In this document: in pieces, positions 37,190 to 46,319 of the stretch
Layout: every line of letters starts with the position of its first letter
How positions within the stretch are numbered: position 1 is the stretch's first letter
Position numbers and translations under genes: made by a program
The notes under the pieces: generated by a model
The model's input: only the letters and a program-made list of their open reading frames with translations
Databases searched by the model: none
Told to the model about the DNA's origin: nothing
NCBI RefSeq assembly: GCF_006345805.1
Contig: NC_043012.1
Span: 7,564,001 to 7,628,000, forward strand
Length of the DNA: 64,000 bases
Direction of reading: 5' to 3'
Origin: Octopus sinensis
Taxonomy: Eukaryota

Positions 37190-37279
37190 CTTACATCCAT
37201 GGTTCAGGAAGATAATGATTCATTGTTCTCACACTACACAACAACAAAATTCATTAGTCTTCCAGACCATGGGTGCCAA
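37190..37279 (-). ncRNA. MIR7: pri/pre-miR-7 hairpin (5p mature about 37264-37241, UGGAAGACUAAUGAAUUUUGUUGU; 3p arm about 37227-37203)
   Basis: miR-7 5' end and seed UGGAAGAC and a complementary 3p arm. Basal stem CCAUGGU/ACCAUGG, basal UG at -14/-13, apical UGUG, and CNNC (CAGC) about 17 nt downstream. It lies in the last intron of hnRNP K, as in human and Drosophila. Confidence 0.92.
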
Positions 37280-38212
37280 AGGTTAGTTACAAGCCAAATC
37301 CCATCACCAATGTCTCATGCACATCATCGACAATAGCCACCAGATGCCACCCAATGCTAACCAAGAAAGCCTTAACCACACCCATTAAACTGGTACCATC
37401 AAAATTTTAAACCTAAAGCTACTTTGTGAAAAAGTAATGGCTACAACAAGAACATTAATCTTTAGAGGAAACACTCCCTTACTTCACAATGTAACACAAT
37501 AACACACATTTAGATTTTAAGAAATAAATTCGATTTATACATCTGTTAATATTTTTCTTTATTTAAAAGACATTTAAACTAAGAATTTAGATTCCAAAAG
37601 TTAACAGACTTTCTAACTGTATAAAAAAAAGATATCAATAAAACGAAGCTTTGTTTTTTTCCTTACATTGGATAAATGAGAATTTGTAATATTTGTTACC
37701 ACTCTTATCTTAGTGTTTAGTTTTTCTAAAGGTGTTCAAATTGAACCTACACTTCTCTCTCTGGCATATATTATACATTTTGCTAGCTTACTAAATAAAA
37801 ACTATACTAATTTATGCTGTGTAAATCCTAAATGGACCAACAATTAGATAAAGATGCAATTATCAAATTAACCAAATAGCAAATTCCTTTTGATATAATG
37901 TATCAATAATTAAAGCTTTCCTACGAGAGGATGGGAAATCAAGTGGCAACCATTCTATAGAATTAAGTCTTCGTGCACTGGATTTACTTTTAGTAACAGT
38001 AGTAAAAAGTTTTAGTGTCACTAAAAAAACAGGTTAGTACATGTGAGTAATGGAAGATGAAGGTACAGATAGCTAATACAATTTCTAATCAAGGCATTAG
38101 TGTCTCTTTTGTTTACAACCAACAGAATGCAATGCAATGAGGAATAGAAGAGAGGAAAGAGGAGAAACAAAGAGGAGAAAAAGACCAAGTCTTTACATGA
38201 CATTCAACTAAC

Positions 38213-38382
38213 CTGCTCTGCAAGAGAAACTGTGCAGCATCAATTTGTTCTTGAGTTCCTGTGATAGTAATTATCCGATCACTGGAACCAGGAAGGGCTT
38301 CATCTATAACCACTTGGGCTCCAGACTGGCGCCGCACATCAGTAATGCGAGTTCCACATCTGCCAATAATGGCACCAGCAAG
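38213..38382 (-). CDS. HNRNPK: hnRNP K exon, KH3: [56 protein letters not shown]
   Basis: KH fold with GxxG loop; AG/GT boundaries; phase 0 to 2. Confidence 0.95.
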
Positions 38383-38493
38383 CTAAATGGAGGGAGAAAC
38401 AAAAGGGACAAAATTCAAAATTACACATGGCTCTTTTTAAGAATACTCTAGCAAAATTTTTAAGTACAGCGAAACTAATGGAATGAAACTTAC

Positions 38494-38568
38494 CTCCTTG
38501 GGAATGGTTACTTGTGTGGTTGTAGTCTGTTCCATACCAAACATCATCCCTTGATTTCCCATACCACC
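38494..38568 (-). CDS. HNRNPK: hnRNP K exon: GGMGNQGMMFGMEQTTTTQVTIPKE
   Basis: TTQVTIPK is the conserved start of KH3; canonical splice sites. Confidence 0.93.
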
Positions 38569-38653
38569 CTGGAAGAAAAAAAAAAGGAGGGGTAATAATA
38601 TCTCAAAATATTTCATCTGAATCATCACAAAGTTAATAACTGAAGTAACTTAC

Positions 38654-38736
38654 CATACTGTCTTGGGCAAAGTTTTGCTGGCCACCATAGAAACCTTGGC
38701 CACTGTTTCCTCTTGCAGGATTGCCAAACCTGTTAT
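38654..38736 (-). CDS. HNRNPK: hnRNP K exon: (D)NRFGNPARGNSGQGFYGGQQNFAQDSM
   Basis: Phase 1 to 0 fits both neighbours; canonical sites. Confidence 0.85.
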
Positions 38737-38837
38737 CTGAAAGGGGAGGAGGGAAAAAAGGGAACATTTTAGGAAAATGTTGATGAAAGAGAAAGTAATA
38801 ATGCTGAAGAGTTTGAGAGAATCTGCAATTTACTTAC

Positions 38838-38884
38838 CTCCTCCACGCCCGGCACGAGCACCCATGCTGCCATTCATGGCATTC
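38838..38884 (-). CDS. HNRNPK: hnRNP K exon: (R)NAMNGSMGARAGRGG
   Basis: Phase 2 to 1; RGG content; tttcag acceptor and gtaag donor. Confidence 0.85.
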
Positions 38885-39017
38885 CTGAAATTATTGAAAC
38901 ATTTGGCCGATTAATATTTATAAAGTACAGATTTGAAATAAATGTGGAACTAGAAATGAAATAATAGCTACAACATGGAACATTATGAGATAATGAGAAA
39001 CTAATAAAATATTTACC

Positions 39018-39056
<39 letters not shown>

Positions 39057-39750
39057 ATGAATTAGATTCAATAAAGAGATTTGCAGAAGACAGAAATATA
39101 TTTAGTGAGTTAATGCCGTCTGACTCAACAGAATGAAGATGTTAGAACTGCTTGGTGCAGGAAAAAGATGTGACTACGTTTACCTTGAGGTGAGTGAGAT
39201 CATTAGAAGAGAGTATAATATTGATTTTAATTATGAAATAGGAATTTTAATGAGGAAAGAAAACAATAAAACATTCTTCGAATAACATTTAAATCCTAAT
39301 TAGGACCATCAGTGATACCTCTAGACAGAAATTTGGGGAGAGCTAAAGAGGGAAGCTAAGCCTAGATGCTATTTTGTGCACGTTTGCCTAGGACAAATAA
39401 CTCAATCCACAATTAGAACACTTAAGGCCACTATCAACTCGTAAGTGCACAGCTTCAAGAGAAATTGGGCAAATACTGAATGAAAAGGCAAAAAAAAATC
39501 AACAAGCTTTCGAAATAAACTTAACCACTAAAAGTAATAAAATGTGATGAAAATTGGATTGTTGAATTTGTTTTGTTTTGTTTAAAATATCATTGATTAG
39601 TTTGCAAGTTTTTTGTTTGTAGATTGAACTTGGCTACAGAATAATTTTGACAAACTTACAAATTGTTCAAGAGGAATAATCTAACGATGGTTGGGGCCCT
39701 CTCTAGAGGTATCTCTGCTGCACAGCACTAGTATGATAGAGTGTTATTAC

Positions 39751-39927
39751 CTCATTCCTCCAAGTTCTTGCAGGCCATCATCTCTGCCCCCACTGCCACC
39801 GCCACCACTGCCATAGGGGAGAGCAGCACCCATGTTGTTTCTACCTCCAGTTAGGCTAGGTAGTCCACCCCTGCTCATGGAGCCAGACCCTCCCATGCCC
39901 ATATCTCCCATTCCTCCAGCAGTACCT
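39751..39927 (-). CDS. HNRNPK: hnRNP K exon, Gly/Met-rich linker (GTAGGMGDMG...LQELGGM)
   Basis: Phase 2 to 2; open frame; canonical sites. Confidence 0.88.
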
Positions 39928-40829
39928 CTGAAATTTTCACAATTCAGACTTATTTACAGCAGAATCCAAAAGTTTGGAGTTCAAATTTAAGCATTTCAAA
40001 GCATGAAATATAGAGAATGAAAATCATTGTTTATATAAAAATTGCCAAAAAATCAGTGGCCACAAACTAGTTCACATCTACATATAAAAACTATATCATA
40101 AACTGATATTAACCTTAATATTGATAAGAGTGAAACTTCATTAATACTTAACTTACAATAAAGAGAAAACAAAACCTAAGAAAAAAAAAAAAAAAAAACT
40201 GGAGCCATTTTAATTTTTCAGAGAATCTCTAAGTCAATATTCTAAGATATAGTATTACTGACACAAACATATGTATCTTTAGAAGATCTTGCATTTCTCT
40301 AAAATGCAAATATCCTATGAATGGTTAGGATAGAGCTACTGGAAATTAAATCTATGGATCAAAAGTAGTGGCTAGGAATTATGTTTTGATCAAAGGCTCA
40401 CTTTGCTAATAGCTTTGTTTATTAACACTACACTTCTTAATTACACTAATGAAGTTACTCAGGTGTGATGAAGAACAAATGAATAAAATAAATGGGAAGT
40501 AAAAATGATACAATGAAGAAAATACTTCAAATACTTGATGAAGGGTTAAGAGATGAAATAATGAAATAAATTTTAAAAATTAACATTTTTGAAGTTTATA
40601 CATGAAATAAGGACAAGGGAATTATTTCCCTTAATTTTCAGGCAAGTCAACTAAATGGGTGACTTAATATATTAATTAGGGAATATTTTATGAAGGTATG
40701 TTTTTCAAATGCAGCATTTAAATATGAAAAGTGATCAAAGATCTTAAGTTTCTACATACTACAGTACTTTAAAAACAATGCTATTTATGCTAGCGTCTAA
40801 TTATATATAAATCTGGAAAGTTAACTTAC

Positions 40830-41008
40830 CGTCCTCTTATCTGTGGGCTCATCAATGGAGAGACACCTCCTCGTGGTGGTGGTGGCGGGGCACCCCTAGG
40901 TAGTTTACCACGGCCCCCCTCTGCAATGGTGTAACCACCATAGTCATGGGCGTAATACTCATCATAGTTATGTGGATCATATGGCTGGTTAACTCCTTTC
41001 GGTGGTGC
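40830..41008 (-). CDS. HNRNPK: hnRNP K exon: APPKGVNQPYDPHNYDEYYAHDYGGY...RGAPPPPPRGG...
   Basis: PYDPxxYD...DYGG (ROKNT/KI region) and a polyproline motif typical of hnRNP K. Confidence 0.93.
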
Positions 41009-41154
41009 CTACAGAAGAGAGAGGGACCATTATACACCAACTGTTGCCTGTTCCTCACACCATGTCATTTACTTTACAATTATGTATTTGAGAAGAGTTT
41101 TGAAACATTTACTATAATATATAATAGAAAACATAAAAAAAAATATTGTCTTAC

Positions 41155-41283
41155 CATTTCCAAAAGCTCATAAATAACATTAATGCAAGCTATGACCACA
41201 GGAGGTCGACCAGAAATTGCCACAACACGATCAGTGGACTGAGCACAGCAGGTTGAGTACACCTTGATGTTTGCTCCAGTTTT
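41155..41283 (-). CDS. HNRNPK: hnRNP K exon, second half of KH2: KTGANIKVYSTCCAQSTDRVVAISG...ELLEM
   Basis: CC..STDRVV is conserved with vertebrate KH2. Confidence 0.95.
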
Positions 41284-41402
41284 CTGAAATATTTCATATT
41301 TATAGAGAGACGTGTAAGAAAAAACTTCAACATTCAAATAGGGTTAAAATGCAAGAGAGAAATATAGACACTAAAGAATGAAGAACAAAGAAAGATACAC
41401 AC

Positions 41403-41516
41403 CTCTCTCAACTCTTTGATCTTAAAACCAGCTCTACCAATAATGCAACCAGCCTGGCTCTGGTGAACCAATATTCTTATTTCACAGTCATACTCATCAT
41501 TGGAGAACTGTTTGTA
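41403..41516 (-). CDS. HNRNPK: hnRNP K exon, first half of KH2: YKQFSNDEYDCEIRILVHQSQAGCIIGRAGFKIKELRE
   Basis: DCE.R.L.HQS.AG.IIG..G.KIKELRE signature. Confidence 0.96.
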
Positions 41517-41621
41517 CTGCAACAGAGATTGAGCCTTAGATTTTTATCCCAATAATAACACAGAAAAGTGAAGCTTCAATATAGACAATATTTTACAAAA
41601 GACTACATGAAATATACATAC

Positions 41622-41694
41622 ATCTTCAAGGGATGGTATAATGTCTGCCAAACAGTCCAATGCTGTATCTATGTCTGCACCAATTGTCAAAATT
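41622..41694 (-). CDS. HNRNPK: hnRNP K exon, end of KH1: (R)ILTIGADIDTALDCLADIIPSLED
   Basis: Homologous to [25 protein letters not shown]; phase 2 to 0. Confidence 0.93.
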
Positions 41695-43246
41695 CTGTAA
41701 AATGTAAAAAGGATTTAAAATAATTATAGCTGTAGAAAACAATATAAGTCAAGATGTCTTTTATTTTAAAAAAATTTTAAAAATAAAAATACCAATTTAC
41801 TAGACTGGTATGCAGATTAATAACTAAGTGCATAATCCATCTGAATGTTCAAATGGATAAAAATAAAATAAAATAAACTAACTGACTGTTGTACTAAACG
41901 TTCACGATATGCTGTGTAGATGAACGAACTACATTTACTCAGTTACTGAAATCTAGTTCTAACCTCTTTCAGCAGCTATATCATCTAGAGACCTTGGAAT
42001 TTAGTCCTTACAAACATTGGAGTTTTATTGTTTAACAAATTCATATTATGTAGATATATATATATATATATATATAGAAACCAAACGGTATTTAAAACTG
42101 AGCTGTGTCACATTTCATATGAAGCTGTCTATTAAGAGGGAATGGTTAAGTGCAGAAGAAACCCAAAGCTTAGAATAAAATGAATTAAATTACTAGAATA
42201 TTAGCTTTGATAATTAGGTCTTTGATAGTGATGAAGTATTCCTTTAAGTGACATGAAGCAAGTTCTAATAAATTAGTAAATCTCAAAAGGAAAATAAAAT
42301 ATATTTATAAATATACATTAATACTTTTTTTTTTTTTATTAAAAAATATAATTAAGCAAGGGGAATTTGGAGTATGAGAATTTAATATTAAAAAAAAACC
42401 ATGAATAAGATGAAACTAAAAATAAAAAACCACTAAATACCCAAAGTAATTGTTAGGCTGTTTAAACCCAAGCCCTTTCATTTTTAAGCAGAGATCTCCA
42501 CTGATACAGAACTCAATGACTTAAGAATAAATATATACAACTATCTTTACAATTCACAGAGCACATACAACTTTTCAAGTGTCATCCACTAACTTGGAGG
42601 ATAGTAATAATAGCTGCTGGTTTAACACTTCCATATTAAAAGAAAACTATATTAGAGTTATGATAGACATCTAAATTACAATATGAATTGTATAAAAAAA
42701 AAAGTCAAGTTGTTGATCACTTAGTGAATTGCAGTAGAAGAAAATAGAAACCCATGATGAAAAAGCAAATAAACAATTTTTTAAAATATTTTATTTTTTG
42801 AAGCTGTAACAAGGAACTATAATGAGTATGAAGTACCCAATTTTACATTTGGTCGTTGACTGGGAATCGCTGGGCAGGATGGACTGAATATTAATACATC
42901 TAGCAGGGAGTAATGCAGATTCCAAGTTATTGAGCTCTGTATGTGGTTATTTCCCAAGATCCTAACTAGCTAGCTACATTTACTGGGTATAAGAGAGAAT
43001 GAGAGAGAGAGAAAGAGAAAAGAGAGAAAAAGAAATTTAGAGGGTGACAGAAGAGTGGGAAAATAAATTTAAATAGAAGTAAAAAAAAAAGAACTAAAGA
43101 GTGAATGACATCAGATAAGTTTTGAAAGGGTGGGAAGAAAAAAATGTAAAAACAGTGTGGAGAAAAAAGAACTTACAATGGGCTTTTAACATTATGAAAC
43201 AGTTATTAATAAAATGTGTAGTAGTACAATGCAGTAGGGTGCATAC

Positions 43247-43290
43247 CGTTCAGGGCCGGTGCAATCGGGCACTGTAACACTTGCTTTGAA
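43247..43290 (-). CDS. HNRNPK: hnRNP K 44-nt exon, middle of KH1: FKASVTVPDCTGPE(R)
   Basis: Homologous to YNASVSVPDSSGPER; phase 0 to 2. Confidence 0.93.
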
Positions 43291-45163
43291 CTGCATCATG
43301 GATGGACGGACGGACGGGCAGGGATGACGTTCCGTGGGTCAGGGATATTCAGGGTCAACAGACGGGCCATTGGTGGACATGGAAGGGCAAGAAGAATGGG
43401 GCAGGCAAGATATATATAACAAAGTATTACTACCAGAAATCTTCACAATGGGCATAAAAAAGTAATATAAATGGAATCCATACATTCATTGAACAAGTCA
43501 ACTTCAACGGGGCTGAAATTCTGTGGAATAAAAACTGGAGGCATTAGTTAAGACAAACTTGCAGTACTGAGAGATACTTGCAGGGAAAGTCTTGTTTTCC
43601 CCTATAACGTTCTGACTAGTTCTCTTTCTCCTCAATTCAGTTTTTCCCTTCTTAGAGACAGACAGGTTCCCGGGAATGGGTTATAAAAGAGAAAGGAAGC
43701 TGCTTTGTTCCTGAGAGAGAGAGAGAGAGTGAGAGAGAGAAAGAGAGAGGAAAAGTTACATTTCCCCTCACACATATCTTCACGATATTAACTGCTGGCT
43801 GGTCAAATTCAGCTGCCACTGATAAAAAGAACAACAGTGCAAAGCCTTACATTTCAGATTGGGGGAACATCCCAGTCAACAAGCAGAATTTGAAAAAATT
43901 TCTTTTTATAAATACAGTTTTTTTTTTTTGTTCCATAGTAATAAAACATTCTTGCATGCATGGTTATTGTTCAAAGAAATAATACCTAAAAGGAATAAAG
44001 AAGGAGAATTAGCTATAAGTTAAATGCACCTCCATCTTTTGTGCAAGACTGGGGTTACTTCTCGACCCCTTTACAACTCCTGCTTAGCGTTTCAAGTTAT
44101 TATAATCACTATAGTCGGGTTCAGATGCTACATTTATCATTTATTAGACATGCACTGGAAGTCCAGTTTGGGAAAAAAACTATCATCATCAAAAGTTCAG
44201 GAGTAAGATCATATAATTTCACAAGAAACAAGTTAGAAAAAGAGAAAGAGAGATAGGGGAGGAAAAAAAAAAAATAAGAAAGACAGTTTAAACTAGTTTC
44301 GATCTTAAATATTTTGCATGCTTTGTGGAAAAGATCATTTTGAAAATTCATTTATTTTATTTATTTATTTATTTATTTTAGTCCAGACATCACAACAGAA
44401 TTGCAGCCGTATGGAAAAAAAATTTGAAAAAATAAAACAAAGCAATGTCAGTTTCAAAAATGAAATACAAATAAACTAAGCTAGATTTCAATATTTATAT
44501 TTAAAATGACAAAAAAAAAAAAAAATTTAATATATAAACAAAAAAAAAAGAAAAAAGAAAAACAATTCAGTTTGAATATACAATATGGGAATTAATTTCT
44601 TTAAAAAAAAAAGAAAAAAGATGGGTAAGAACAGAAAATAGCATCTCATGTGGTGTGCTTTTTATATACTTATATGCACACACACACACACATATATATA
44701 CATACATATATATATATATACACACATATATATATATATATATATATATGATAAATAGTTGTTAGATACAACTGTCAAATTTGACGGCCAATTTGGACAA
44801 TGAAACAAACTGGTCAACCTTCACTACTTTCGAAGTTCATTTTCCGATGAAGGTGAAGATAAAGGATAATCATCTCTTTACTTTCAAAGATGAAATATTT
44901 ACAACAAAATGTGATAAATAGTTAGATAGATATATATTTCTAATCTCTATTTTAAGACAAAGTTTAAAAAATACTCGGTACTAATATTTACTGATAACAA
45001 CACACCCACCCTCAAGAGAATAATTAATGTCACCTTCTTATAAAATGGCAACTAGCATCTAGGCAGAAGCAATGCCTAGTTTTGTTTTCATTATTACAAA
45101 AACAGTAAAAAATATAATATGAGAAAATGGTAAAGGAAAAACTGTTGAATTAGAAATACTCAC

Positions 45164-45220
45164 ATGTTCTCTTAATCTTTTAATATTACTGCCACCCTTG
45201 CCAATGATAGCTCCAGCATT
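45164..45220 (-). CDS. HNRNPK: hnRNP K exon, KH1: NAGAIIGKGGSNIKRLREH
   Basis: GKGG loop; canonical sites. Confidence 0.96.
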
Positions 45221-45704
45221 CTGAAAGACATTTCAAATACAAACTTTGTTATTATTCAACAAGTGTGGGTGAGAGGGAGTGTGTGTGTGTGTTTAGTTAA
45301 ATTAAAAATCAACTGATATTAATGCAAGCCTACATCTAGGTAAAAAAAAAAAAAAAAAATCTAGTTCGTTTCTTGCAAAGAAAACTATTCTAAACCTATT
45401 CGCTTATATCAGTTACACTATCACACATTTTTGAAAGATATTTTGAAGCAGCAATTATGAGTATTGCTGAAAAGCACAAGAGTAAAAAGAAGTTAAAAGC
45501 TAATGCAATAAGTGGTATGGACATATGAAGAAAGGAGACCAACTGCTCAAAATTAGAAGGGCAAGTGTTGCAGAAAACATCCAATAAGACCCCACCAAAA
45601 AAAAATTTTTTTTTAAATGCATTTTAATTGAAGAAAAACTAAAGCAATAATAATAATAGGACCCAAAATTGAATTTTTTTAAAAGGGTTTTTTTGGAAAC
45701 CTAC

Positions 45705-45808
45705 TTTGCTCTGAAGTAAAATTCTTAACTCAATTTTTGGCCCACTGCCACGAGCTCTCTTCATCGATGAGTCATCATCTTCTTGTTCTAGTGGCCGCTT
45801 CATTATGC
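45705..45808 (-). CDS. HNRNPK: hnRNP K exon: (G)IMKRPLEQEDDDSSMKRARGSGPKIELRILLQSK
   Basis: Bipartite NLS (KRP...KRAR) plus ELRILLQSK, the start of KH1. Confidence 0.95.
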
Positions 45809-46284
45809 CTGTTGAAAAATCAATTAAAATGAAAAACAAAAACCCATTAGTCTCATTTGTAATACACAGAAGTATATATATAAAAAGCAGCTCCCTAACA
45901 AATATTTAGGGGGTTTAATTTACAGAAATATTTTTTTCACAAGCCATCCATGTAAGTAAAATTTTACAAATTACTAGAGTAAATCTTTAGAAATTGCATA
46001 TGGAAAAAAAATGCCTACAATAGCCCCAGCAATCAATCTAAAGGTAAAAAGAGTGCCTTTAAGATTAATAAAGGGTGGCAACAGGTAAATCAGCCAAGTA
46101 GGAAGGTACCTGCTTCTTTTGCATGAAGATAGAGAAAACTGATAAAATGGCTGTTAAACTCAGCTTTCAACTCCAACTGAACCGACAGCAAACTCAGGAA
46201 GACTCAAATGAAAATTCTTTTCATGTGGAACACCAACTACCATTATTAATCAACATGCCTAACAGTGAATATCAAATATAATTC

Positions 46285-46319
<35 letters not shown>

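Noticed and set aside
38723-38736. Second acceptor ATAACAG|GTTTGG, 7 nt into the exon
   Set aside because: It would shift the frame out of KH3; the upstream AG preserves the protein, so that one was used.
42847-42883. Possible 37-nt exon (tattcag|TCCATC...AAAT|gtaaaa)
   Set aside because: Weak polypyrimidine tract and weak donor, with no homology to hnRNP K.
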